Shown: positions 38,623 to 47,337, counted from the first letter of the stretch. The stretch is DNA of 64,000 bases from an uncultured Gammaproteobacteria bacterium (GCA_964596525.1 CAZQUL010000001.1:204830-268829); one strand, 5' to 3'. Notes: generated from the sequence alone by a model not told the origin. Program-made: numbers and translations.

Positions 38623-38770
38623 GGTGCCATGCCTGCTGATATTTTCGCAGGTTTAGGCTTAAATTGTGATAAATCTATTTAAATAGAGACATTAAAGATA
38701 CTTTTAAGTATAGTTTATACTAACAAAAGACTCAGTTTATTAAAAGGATTTCGACAATTAAAAGGTGGGT

Positions 38771-39718
38771 ATGAAAATAGTTAAAAATTTTCCAGAGAGA
38801 TTTCCTATCAGATACGCTATTATTTTGAGGGAGTTTAAAGATGATGACGATGATTTTTCTAATCGAAGAACCTCAGAGAGAAAATTAATAGATGAACAGA
38901 TATTCCGACAATTTATCCTTTTACTTCAAGAACAGCCTCTTGATCGGACTATACTTCAATTGAGTAAAGTGTCCGTTTTATGCAGATCCCTAGGCTTAAA
39001 AGTTTTTGAAGGTGCAAAATTAAACGCAGGAGAAGAGTGGATCAATGAAGTTGAAAAGTATATTTCTTTATTATATCCCGAGGCCCTAGTCCTTACTGAT
39101 ACCACTCGTGGGCATGCTTATAACCTGGGGTTATATAGTTATGCTGGAGCCGGAGAGATTCCTAGCTTCTGGAAAATGTATCAGAAGTATGATGATAAAA
39201 ATTTTTTGGGGGAGAGATTTGGTTTTCATGAGCATTTCGGTGCGATCCTTAGCCGCAGTCGCTTATATGAAAGAATGATGAAAGGAGAAGTAACAGAATC
39301 TTTTTTGTATGAAATGGGAGAGTTATACGAACGGCCTATTTATTTAACAGTTCCTCATTCATCACTGTGGAGTTTTCTCGATAAAGGAAATTTGGAAGGA
39401 GTAGTTCCTACCTATTTAGATATTCTAAAATATAAAAGTTTTATTGAGCAGCTTCCAATTGAGGATTTCGATAAAAGATCCGTTTCTTTAAAAGAAAAAA
39501 TGCACGAGCCAAAAATAACGATTGTTTTATGCAGAAATTGGGTATCTCTTTTTACAGAGGAAATATTATCTTTATATCGTAGTTCAGTGTTTTGCAAAAA
39601 CTGCTCTGCTTGTTTGCCTTTTAATTATAAAGGTAAGTATTGTTTGAGTAGTCCTGAAAATAAGCAATGCAATAGAGAACGTGCTCGCCAGAGAAAAAAG
39701 CTTTCACAAGAAAAATAA
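38771..39718 (+). CDS. hypothetical protein (316 aa) with a C-terminal Cys cluster and basic tail
   Basis: AAAGGTGG RBS then ATG 38771; C-terminal CRNW...CKNCSAC...C...C and RARQRKK. Confidence 0.6.
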   Translation: MKIVKNFPERFPIRYAIILREFKDDDDDFSNRRTSERKLIDEQIFRQFILLLQEQPLDRTILQLSKVSVLCRSLGLKVFEGAKLNAGEEWINEVEKYISLLYPEALVLTDTTRGHAYNLGLYSYAGAGEIPSFWKMYQKYDDKNFLGERFGFHEHFGAILSRSRLYERMMKGEVTESFLYEMGELYERPIYLTVPHSSLWSFLDKGNLEGVVPTYLDILKYKSFIEQLPIEDFDKRSVSLKEKMHEPKITIVLCRNWVSLFTEEILSLYRSSVFCKNCSACLPFNYKGKYCLSSPENKQCNRERARQRKKLSQEK

Positions 39719-39790
39719 ATAACTTGTGAATATTTATATAATTACTTGTTAGGTCTCGACGTAGTAAAGAAAAAATCACAAATGAGTCAC

Positions 39791-39817
39791 AAAAAGCCTC
39801 AGACAATGAGGTTTTTT
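39791..39817 (+). terminator. intrinsic terminator at the end of the AT-rich cargo block
   Basis: aaaaagcctca-gacaa-tgaggtttttt. Confidence 0.6.
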
Positions 39818-39854
39818 ATATTCTGGATTCAGTAAGAAAAAATCATTTAATGTT

Positions 39855-40259
39855 ATGTCGAAAAAATACCATCTAAACCTAATCAAAAACAAACGAAGTT
39901 ACACCCCTACGGAAATCGCCCGGCTTTTGGCCCTCGACGTACGGACATGCTTACGCTGGATTTCTTCCGAAGGCTTGAAACCGGTCCGCGAGGGTGCCCG
40001 TCCGCTCCTGGTCATGGGTCATATCTTGAAAGATTTCTTGAAGAAAAAACAGGCCAAGTTCGGATGCGAGCTGGGAGAAGAGGAGTTTTATTGCCTTCGG
40101 TGCCGCTCGCCGGTCATGGCCCGACCAGAATCCGAGACCATAAGGGAAACAGGAAAAAAGATCGGCAAACATTCCGATCCGCAGCTCGTCCGTCACGCTC
40201 TGTGCGGGCAATGCGGAACGCCGGTAAGGAGATTCGTACGCGTCTCCCGAAAACACTAA
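39855..40259 (+). CDS. HTH DNA-binding protein with C-terminal zinc ribbon (excisionase/regulator candidate)
   Basis: YTPTEIARLLALDVRTCLRWI helix-turn-helix; CLRCRS...CGQCG tetra-Cys motif; first gene after GC returns to host level. Confidence 0.6.
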   Translation: MSKKYHLNLIKNKRSYTPTEIARLLALDVRTCLRWISSEGLKPVREGARPLLVMGHILKDFLKKKQAKFGCELGEEEFYCLRCRSPVMARPESETIRETGKKIGKHSDPQLVRHALCGQCGTPVRRFVRVSRKH

Positions 40260-40323
40260 GTGATACTGGATAGAGACGTCCGTATATACACTTAACCATT
40301 AAATATTCTTTAACCATAAACGT

Positions 40324-41463
40324 ATGGCAAACAATTCGTCCTACGAAAACGAAATCGTCAAAAGGAAGTTCTTCACTTATCTCAAAGACGCTCAAGGTTT
40401 CTCGGATATTTCCGTCCAGTGCATCGAGAAAGCGCTCTGGCTCTGGGACGAGTTTACCGGCAATGCCGACTACGGTTCCTTCGGCGAAAAACAGGCGGTG
40501 GGGTTCAAGGAGTGGTTGAAAAACAAGAAGAAAAACCGTTCCGAAACGCTCGTCAGTCTCTCGTACTGCTACGATAATTTCCGTTACTTGCGGACGTTCT
40601 TTTCCTGGCTCGCCGAACAGCCGGGTTATAAATCGAAAATCAGTCCGGTGGATATCCACTACCTGAATCTTTCCAAGAAAGAGGCTCGTATGGCTATCAT
40701 GCCGAAACCCAAGAAACTGCCCTCTCTCGAAGACGTGAAAAAGGTGATCGAGACCATCCAGCCCAAGAACGAGATAGACCGACGCGACCGGGCGCTTCTT
40801 TCGCTTACACTCCTTACCGGAGCCCGCATTTCGGCGTTAGGCAGTCTCCCGCTCGAGAGTTTCGATGAAAAGCGGATGACGATCGATCAAAACCCCAAGC
40901 TGAATGTCAGGACCAAGTTTTCAAAACGGATCGTGACCGCCCTCATGCCTTTTCCCTACAAGGAAGCCTGCGATTATTTCGTCGACTGGGCCCGTTATTT
41001 GCGTGACGTGAAGGGCTTCGGCCCGTCCGATCCGTTGTTTCCCGCGACCAAGGTAGAAAACGGCCGGGAATCTTTGGGTTACTACAGCAACGGAGAGGTC
41101 GAGCCGGTCTTTTGGAAAAGCGGCAGTTCACTGCGAAAGATTTTCGAGAAGCGGTTCGATAACGCGGGTTTGCCTTACTATCATCCCCATACGTTCAGGC
41201 ACTTGTTGGTCAAAGAGATCTCGAAACTTCCGTTAACCGAAGAACAGAAGAAAGCTATCAGCCAGAATCTGGGTCACGAGCACGTAGGAACGACGTTCGG
41301 CACGTACGGTTACGGTGCCATCGGCGAAGATCGGCAGATAGAGCTTATCCGTACGATGAGCCTGGAAAAAACGGACGCAGGAGCGAATTTATCCGTATCT
41401 AACGAGCAAATAGGCGCTATCGTCGCGGAAGTGTTGAAGAAGCTACCGGCCCATTCGTCATAA
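40324..41463 (+). CDS. tyrosine-type site-specific recombinase/integrase
   Basis: LLTGARISAL (box I Arg), HPHTFRHLLV (HxxR), LGHEHVGTTFGTYGY (catalytic Tyr). Confidence 0.9.
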   Translation: MANNSSYENEIVKRKFFTYLKDAQGFSDISVQCIEKALWLWDEFTGNADYGSFGEKQAVGFKEWLKNKKKNRSETLVSLSYCYDNFRYLRTFFSWLAEQPGYKSKISPVDIHYLNLSKKEARMAIMPKPKKLPSLEDVKKVIETIQPKNEIDRRDRALLSLTLLTGARISALGSLPLESFDEKRMTIDQNPKLNVRTKFSKRIVTALMPFPYKEACDYFVDWARYLRDVKGFGPSDPLFPATKVENGRESLGYYSNGEVEPVFWKSGSSLRKIFEKRFDNAGLPYYHPHTFRHLLVKEISKLPLTEEQKKAISQNLGHEHVGTTFGTYGYGAIGEDRQIELIRTMSLEKTDAGANLSVSNEQIGAIVAEVLKKLPAHSS

Positions 41464-41507
41464 CGTTCTTTCTCGGATCTTTTTCTAAAGAATGGTATGC
41501 TTAAGGG

Positions 41508-41577
41508 GCTACACAAAAGCCGGAAACATGACGTGAAGTCGTGGCCAATAGAGGGGCGACGAGGGCTTTTGTGTAGC
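41508..41577. repeat. 14-bp perfect inverted repeat (GCTACACAAAAGCC / GGCTTTTGTGTAGC) separated by 42 nt, between the integrase and serine recombinase genes
   Basis: Arms 41508-41521 and 41564-41577 read directly from the sequence. Confidence 0.7.
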
Positions 41578-41695
41578 AACAACAAGTCATTTCGGAGCCC
41601 CTCTTTTGGTTCTCCTCCCCCTTTCGCTTTCGAGGACGACGCCATCGACTACTTGGCCGAGACCCTCGTCGAAGCCTTCTTAGAACGAAAAACGT

Positions 41696-43243
41696 ATGTT
41701 CGAAAACAAGTCCATAACCAAACGAGCGGTGATTTATTGCCGGGTGTCGACGCGTGAGCAGGTCGACGAAGGTAGCAGTCTCATTACCCAAGAGAAAGTC
41801 TGTCGTGAATACGCGACTAAAAACGGTTTCGAGGTCGCGCAGGTATTCCTCGAACAAGGCGAGAGCGCCAAGACCGCCGATCGTACGGAGCTGCAAAAAC
41901 TCCTGGTTTACTGCTCCGACAAGAAACAAGGGATCGGTGCGGTTATCGTGTACAAACTGGACCGCCTCTCGCGCAATACCGATGATTATAGCCAACTCAG
42001 ACTGCTCCTCAAGCGTTACGGGGTCGAGATACGTTCGACGAGCGAGTTTTTCGAGAACACTCCGGCGGGTCGTTTCATGGAAAACATCATCGCCAACGTC
42101 GCGCAGTTCGATAACGATGTTCGTGCAGAGCGATGCGCCGGAGGCATGAAAGACGCCATGCGCGAAGGACGGTTCGTTTGGATGGCTCCGGTGGGCTACG
42201 AGAATGCCAAGGTCGGAGGCAAACCGAACATCCGACAGAACCCCGTCATGGCCCCGCTTATAAAACAGGCTTTCGAGTCGGTGGCCAAAGGTTTTTACGA
42301 TATCGACGAAGTGAGGAAGAAAATGAACGAGGCCGGGCTCAAGGGATACAAAGGTAAACCTATTTCCAAAAGCTACTTCTACCGTTTGTTGAAGAATCGG
42401 GTATACCTCGGCTACATCGAAAAATTCGGAGAGAGCCACAAAGGGCTGTTCGAGCCTATAATCGACGAGGAGCTTTTCAACCAGGTCCAACGCGTCCTCA
42501 AGAACAAAGGCCGCAAGATAGCCGCCTACAAGGCCGATAACCCCGATTTTCCACTCCGACGCTTCGTCGAGCACCCGTCAGGCCGTAAATTGACCGGCAG
42601 TTGGTCGAAGGGCCGTTCGGGCACGAAATACCCCTTCTACCGTTTCGGTATGAAAGGAAGCAATTACCGTCGTGACGATTTCGAGAAGGAGTATATGGCT
42701 TTCATGGATAGCTACGCTTTCGACGAGGAAAAGATCGAAAAACTCAAACAGACCGTACGCGAGAAATTCGGCAAAGCGACCGAGAATGAACGAAACGAGG
42801 CGCACCGGCTCCGTTTGCGTCAACAGGAGCTTGTCGAGCAGCAGAACGTTCTGGTGCAGAAAAACTTGAAAGGCATCATCAACGACGTAGTCCTTAAACA
42901 ACAGCTCGATTTGATCGATAAAGAAGCCGACGAAATCTATGCCGCTTTAACCGCCTATAACGAGAACGAGATAAACGTCGAAGAAGCGGTCGCGTTCGCC
43001 GAAGAGTATCTGCGTTCTCCGAGTTCGGTCTGGAAGAAAGCGCTTTTGCCGAGCAAGCTCAAACTCCAACGGTTCCAATTTCCGCGTGGCGTGAGTTTTG
43101 ACGGAAAAATATTTGGAACCACCGAAACTGCGCTAGTCTTCCAACTAAAAGACTGGCTTTCTTCAAACCAGTCTTCTGTAGTGGACCAATGGGGATTCGA
43201 ACCCCAGACCTTCGCCTTGCAAAGGCGTTGCTCTACCAACTGA
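41696..43243 (+). CDS. large serine recombinase (resolvase/invertase N-terminal domain + recombinase domain)
   Basis: AVIYCRVSTREQ (Ser nucleophile), LDRLSRN, large C-terminal recombinase/coiled-coil region; the last 62 nt run antisense into tRNA-Ala so the true 3' end is uncertain. Confidence 0.9.
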   Translation: MFENKSITKRAVIYCRVSTREQVDEGSSLITQEKVCREYATKNGFEVAQVFLEQGESAKTADRTELQKLLVYCSDKKQGIGAVIVYKLDRLSRNTDDYSQLRLLLKRYGVEIRSTSEFFENTPAGRFMENIIANVAQFDNDVRAERCAGGMKDAMREGRFVWMAPVGYENAKVGGKPNIRQNPVMAPLIKQAFESVAKGFYDIDEVRKKMNEAGLKGYKGKPISKSYFYRLLKNRVYLGYIEKFGESHKGLFEPIIDEELFNQVQRVLKNKGRKIAAYKADNPDFPLRRFVEHPSGRKLTGSWSKGRSGTKYPFYRFGMKGSNYRRDDFEKEYMAFMDSYAFDEEKIEKLKQTVREKFGKATENERNEAHRLRLRQQELVEQQNVLVQKNLKGIINDVVLKQQLDLIDKEADEIYAALTAYNENEINVEEAVAFAEEYLRSPSSVWKKALLPSKLKLQRFQFPRGVSFDGKIFGTTETALVFQLKDWLSSNQSSVVDQWGFEPQTFALQRRCSTN

Positions 43244-43254
43244 GCTATTGGCCC
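43182..43254 (-). tRNA. tRNA-Ala (anticodon UGC)
   Basis: Revcomp GGGCCAATAGCTCAGTTGGTAGAGCAACGCCTTTGCAAGGCGAAGGTCTGGGGTTCGAATCCCCATTGGTCCA folds as a 73-nt cloverleaf; anticodon loop TTTGCAA; G3:U70 alanine identity pair; GGTTCGAATCC T-loop; CCA not encoded. Confidence 0.9.
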
Positions 43255-43388
43255 TTCTTTACTAGCAGTAAGCAAGTATCAGCCTACCATCCGCCGGTTG
43301 AAGCGTCAACTCTTCCCCAACCTACATCTTGGCATTTCGGCAGTTACCACGTTATACTAGCCCCATATTCCCTAATCTTACCACATGT

Positions 43389-44036
43389 ATGCAGAACGCA
43401 GCGTCTTCACGCGCCGGGTTTTGGGTGGCCGCGCTCATCGTCATCGGCCTCCTCATCTACGGTTTCGTCCGACTCATTTCTTCTACTTCACTCACCAACA
43501 TCACGAGTCTGCGCGCTGGTGACCACACTATTGGCGACACGAGCAAAAAAGTAGTGCTCATCGAATACAGCGACTTCCAATGTCCCGCCTGCGCCAGCTA
43601 TCACCCGCTCGTCAAACAGCTCACCCAAGAACTCGGCAATCAATTCGTCTTTGCTTATCGCCACTTCCCGCTTACCGGCCACCCCAACGCCGATGAAGCT
43701 GCCCGCGCTGCGGAAGCTGCTGCCAAACAAGGCAAATTCTGGGAAATGCACGATCTCTTGTTTGAACGCCAGTCATTTTGGGGCAGCGAAGCTGATCCAG
43801 AAGCGAAATTCCTTACCTACGCCGAACTCCTCAACCTCAACACCACCACGTTCGTCGCCGACTACCGTTCGGACGCCCTCAAAACGATCGTCGAACAAAG
43901 CGTTGCCGACGGCACCTCGATCCGCGTCGATCGCACGCCAACCTTCTTCCTCAACGGCCGCCGCCTCATCAACTTGCCCGAAGATTATGCGGGGTTCAAA
44001 AAACTCATCGAGGACGAAGCCAAAAAACAACAATAA
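43389..44036 (+). CDS. DsbA-family thiol:disulfide oxidoreductase (membrane-anchored)
   Basis: N-terminal TM, then the thioredoxin-fold active site FQCPACAS. Confidence 0.85.
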   Translation: MQNAASSRAGFWVAALIVIGLLIYGFVRLISSTSLTNITSLRAGDHTIGDTSKKVVLIEYSDFQCPACASYHPLVKQLTQELGNQFVFAYRHFPLTGHPNADEAARAAEAAAKQGKFWEMHDLLFERQSFWGSEADPEAKFLTYAELLNLNTTTFVADYRSDALKTIVEQSVADGTSIRVDRTPTFFLNGRRLINLPEDYAGFKKLIEDEAKKQQ

Positions 44037-44262
44037 TACCAACCTTACGAGACGTAAGGCAACCAAGAACTCGTCAACGGGTTCTTGTGTGTTTTAGCTC
44101 CGAAAGACCTAAGACCCAGGCCATACTCTTAGCTTATAAAAGGCCCACAAGGCAGGTCTGTTATCTAAGAGCCGAGATCTCTGATTCCCACCTCCTTCAA
44201 CCCTTGCGCCGCCTGAGAGCTTACGGTATAACACCCCTACACTCAACATTAACGTTTGTCGT

Positions 44263-45354
44263 ATGCCCAAACACTCCGTGAGCGATGAAGTGAAGAACAA
44301 ACTCAAGGCCGCCGAGTCCGCGATCGACCAGATCAAGACCCGTTTTGGCGATGGTGCCATTATGCGTTTCGGCGAAGCCAAGACCATGCAGGTAGAAGCC
44401 GTACCGACCGGTTCGCTCTCGCTCGACATCGCGCTTGGCGTGAAGGGTGTACCGCGCGGCCGCGTAGTAGAAATCTACGGTCCGGAAGCTTCTGGTAAAA
44501 CCACGCTCGCCCAGCACATCGTGGCCGAAGTGCAGAAACTCGGCGGTATTGCCGCGTTCGTCGATGCCGAACACGCGCTCGATCCAGACTACGCCAAAAA
44601 AATCGGCGTTAAAACCGACGAACTCCTCATCTCGCAGCCCGACACCGGCGAACAAGCGCTCGAAATCGTGGAAACGCTCGTGCGCTCCAACGCTGTCGAT
44701 GTCGTCGTCGTCGACTCGGTCGCAGCTCTTGTCCCCAAAGCCGAAATCGAAGGCGAGATGGGCGACCAGCACATGGGTCTCCAAGCCCGCCTCATGAGCC
44801 AGGCACTACGCAAACTCACCGGCATCATCAGCAAATCCAAAACCGTCGTCATCTTCATCAACCAGACCCGCCAAAAAATCGGCATCGTATTCGGCAATCC
44901 GGAGACAACGACTGGTGGCGTGGCGCTCAAGTTCTACGCCTCGGTGCGCATCGAGGTCCGCCGCGCCGCGCAAATCAAGCAAGGCGACAAAATCATCGGT
45001 AACCGCGTTAAAGTGAAGATCGTCAAGAACAAAGTCTCGGCACCGTTCCGCACCTGCGAATTCGATATCATGTACAACGAAGGCATTTCGGTTCCAGGCG
45101 ATGTGCTCGACACCGGCACGCTCTACAAAGTCATCGACAAGAAAGGCAATTCCTACACCTTCAAAGACACCAAGCTAGGCGTTGGCCGCGAACAGGCCAA
45201 GCGGTTCCTCAAAGACAACCCCGAAGTCCTCAAAACCATCTACGATGAAGTCTGGACCGTTGCCGAGCGCGGCGAAGCTCCCGAAGAAGAAGCTGCTTCA
45301 GACGCTCCGGCTGCTCCTGCCGCTGACGACGCCCCCTTCCCGACCGAAGAATAA
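44263..45354 (+). CDS. recA: recombinase RecA
   Basis: [11 protein letters not shown] Walker A and near-complete identity to the RecA core across the protein; acidic C-terminal tail. Confidence 0.97.
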   Translation: MPKHSVSDEVKNKLKAAESAIDQIKTRFGDGAIMRFGEAKTMQVEAVPTGSLSLDIALGVKGVPRGRVVEIYGPEASGKTTLAQHIVAEVQKLGGIAAFVDAEHALDPDYAKKIGVKTDELLISQPDTGEQALEIVETLVRSNAVDVVVVDSVAALVPKAEIEGEMGDQHMGLQARLMSQALRKLTGIISKSKTVVIFINQTRQKIGIVFGNPETTTGGVALKFYASVRIEVRRAAQIKQGDKIIGNRVKVKIVKNKVSAPFRTCEFDIMYNEGISVPGDVLDTGTLYKVIDKKGNSYTFKDTKLGVGREQAKRFLKDNPEVLKTIYDEVWTVAERGEAPEEEAASDAPAAPAADDAPFPTEE

Positions 45355-45367
45355 AACGATTACAGAG

Positions 45368-45404
45368 AAACACCCAGCTCAAACAAGCCGGGTGTTTTAT
45401 TTTT
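45368..45404 (+). terminator. intrinsic terminator after recA
   Basis: aaacacccagctcaaacaagccgggtgttttattttt. Confidence 0.65.
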
Positions 45405-45498
45405 GCTTAACAATTGACACATAATCGCTTATCTGATAGCGTACGCTGTTCTTCTGGGCACCACGCCTTCAATCACACGAGATTACAGGAGGATTGCC

Positions 45499-46293
45499 AT
45501 GAATGCTGAAAAGATTGAACTGCCCCGTTTCGCAACTGCCACTGGCGACCGCGTGGACGTTGCAGCCATCTTTGGCTGGGTGTTCGAGCTCTGGGGAGCG
45601 CAGATGGACGAAACCTGGCTCGCGAACGAACTTACGGGTCGAGGCAGCATCCCACCCACTTTCCCCGTCCTCTTCCCCGCTGGCTGGAGAACTAAGAAGA
45701 ACGATCGATCTTTGGATCGCTACGCAAGCGAGTCCTGCGTCGACTACTGGGTTGTTGATGACCGTGGACGCCACCGCGTCGAAGTGCGCAAGTACGGCGA
45801 GCGAAAAGAGGCAGAATATTCGCTCAGGATCCTGCCGCGTTTTTCCACCTCTGCCGATCGATACTACCGCGAAACCAAAGATGCTCCGCGCCGCGTGCTG
45901 TTCCAGATCCTGGAAGGCGGGACGAGCGTGGCAAAGAACTACATCTTCAGAATCCCTTCCTTCAGCGAGGAAGAATACCCGCACGCCCAAGATCGGGAAG
46001 GGCTCATCAATGCGGCATGCGACCGCATCATCAACGAAGCGATTGCCGCTCATGTACCCGCCGATACCATGCCAGACTGGAACGACCCCGTAACGAGCTG
46101 GTTTGAGCCGGGTGCCAATCCGTTCGAGGGCGGAGTGCCTGGTTACCTCGTGACGAGCGGTCTCTTGCTGCGCTGGACCAAGCTGCTCGGGAACTCGGTG
46201 CGCGAGTATCTGGTGAAAACAACCTACCCGCTACGCGACGCCTCGCTCTTTGAGCGCGTCGCAGCGCAGCACCGCCGACTCATGGGCGTCTAG
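45499..46293 (+). CDS. hypothetical protein, member of a two-copy paralogous family in this window
   Basis: CAGGAGGA RBS; shares FPxGW...W.VDDRGR and WNDPVTSWFEPGANPFEG motifs with the 47480..48226 product. Confidence 0.6.
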   Translation: MNAEKIELPRFATATGDRVDVAAIFGWVFELWGAQMDETWLANELTGRGSIPPTFPVLFPAGWRTKKNDRSLDRYASESCVDYWVVDDRGRHRVEVRKYGERKEAEYSLRILPRFSTSADRYYRETKDAPRRVLFQILEGGTSVAKNYIFRIPSFSEEEYPHAQDREGLINAACDRIINEAIAAHVPADTMPDWNDPVTSWFEPGANPFEGGVPGYLVTSGLLLRWTKLLGNSVREYLVKTTYPLRDASLFERVAAQHRRLMGV

Positions 46294-46420
46294 CCAACAC
46301 TCTTTTTCAGCCGTTTTGCGCATGCAGGACGGTGTTTCTTTTTTATAATAAAATCCCGCCCATCCCTATGTAGGGAGAGCGGGCTCTCCAGCGCTGAACG
46401 CCAGAGTCAGAGCGGCAGGT

Positions 46421-46858
46421 CTACTCGAGGAAGCGGTTGGGCTGATCCCTGAGCAGTCCCGATCCGCCGAGCTCGGGCGGGATCACGTCCCGGCTGTGGA
46501 AGTACAGGACGCCCCCAGCCTTGTTGAGCGGGCTTGAGTCCTGCCCGTCGTCCACCAGCTCGACCGCGAACAGGCCGTAGTTGTTGTCGCCGCAGGTCAC
46601 CGAGCATTCGGTGAGGCCCTTCACGACAAGGTGGTCGTCCGTGTTGGGCATGATGGGCTGACCCGCGCAGTCGAGGAGCTGGACTCCCGCGGGGAGCGGC
46701 GCGACCGTCTTGATCCGTACGCCCTTGGTCGGCTTGCCGGAGCCCATGTCGACGGACACGAAGAGAATCTGAAGAACCATCTTGAGCCCGGTCGCCTCCT
46801 CGGTGAAGGTGAGCTGCGTGCCGTTGTCCGCGATACGCCGATTGCTAGGAATGTACAT
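46421..46858 (-). CDS. hypothetical protein (145 aa), about 65% GC; Hcp-like or tail-tube-like is only a weak guess
   Basis: ATG 46856-46858 with AGGAGG RBS (revcomp 46865-46870); GC well above the window average and flanked by AT-rich DNA. Confidence 0.55.
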   Translation of the reverse strand: MYIPSNRRIADNGTQLTFTEEATGLKMVLQILFVSVDMGSGKPTKGVRIKTVAPLPAGVQLLDCAGQPIMPNTDDHLVVKGLTECSVTCGDNNYGLFAVELVDDGQDSSPLNKAGGVLYFHSRDVIPPELGGSGLLRDQPNRFLE

Positions 46859-47182
46859 GAAATGCCTCCTATAGCGAACCTTCCGCCATGCCCGAACGCT
46901 GCCGAAACGCAGCACTCGTCACGTCGGATTAAAGAGGAAAAAATATTTTTTGCTCTTTACTCCAGCGCGAGATATTCTTTTTAAGAACAGATGAATATAT
47001 CATCCCTTACTTTTATTGTCAATCATTAACCTCTCTATCTTCAGCTTAAAAACATATTTAACCTTCTTATTAAAACCCTTCTGTGCTCAGGGATGACAGA
47101 AGTATCCGAATAAAATCATCGTCAGCAGCAAACTCACGACATCTGCAAATGCAGAATAGCTTAAATTGGCCAAATTTCGGCC

Positions 47183-47211
47183 TTGACAAAACCCGTTTTC
47201 TGTGGTATACT
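47183..47211 (+). promoter_or_regulatory. consensus sigma70 promoter TTGACA-17-TATACT
   Basis: TTGACA 47183-47188, 17-nt spacer, TATACT 47206-47211. Confidence 0.65.
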
Positions 47212-47217
47212 ATGTTT

Positions 47218-47293
47218 GTGATATTAAGGATATCCTTAGTAAAACAAGCCAAACACACACCCCTACGAGTAATCGCAGGGGTGTGCTGTTTTT
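47218..47293 (+). ncRNA. candidate small RNA of about 75 nt, consensus promoter to intrinsic terminator
   Basis: Starts about 7 nt after the -10; terminator stem CACACCCCT/AGGGGTGTG (47256-47285) followed by CTGTTTTT; the only overlapping ORF is an unconvincing 70-aa frame. Confidence 0.4.
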
Positions 47294-47337
47294 AAGCGTA
47301 AAATATAAGGTTTTATCCTATTTTTAAGACTTATTGA

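Larger units (their letters stand above)
30300..43254. mobile_element. putative integrative genomic island at tRNA-Ala: AT-rich cargo block (30.3-39.85 kb) plus host-like-GC integration module (HTH regulator, tyrosine integrase, large serine recombinase)
   Basis: Abrupt GC drop from about 57% to about 35% at 30.3 kb and recovery at 39.85 kb; two recombinase genes abut the 3' end of tRNA-Ala; cargo is defence/RM/effector-like; left att repeat not identified. Confidence 0.55.

Noticed and set aside
38485-38682. 65-aa ORF in the MTase / Cys-rich gene intergenic region
   Set aside because: It reads straight through the intrinsic terminator hairpin and its T-run. The region is better explained as a structured leader. 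Only an internal ATG frame (MSSEKAK...) remains as an unlikely leader-peptide candidate.
39947-40273. Overlapping ORFs on both strands within the HTH/Zn-ribbon gene
   Set aside because: These are alternative frames of the better-supported 39855-40259 CDS, which has the HTH and tetra-Cys motifs.
43189-43554. 121-aa ORF starting inside tRNA-Ala
   Set aside because: It begins within the tRNA gene and overlaps the DsbA-like gene in another frame. The tRNA cloverleaf and the DsbA motif explain the region.
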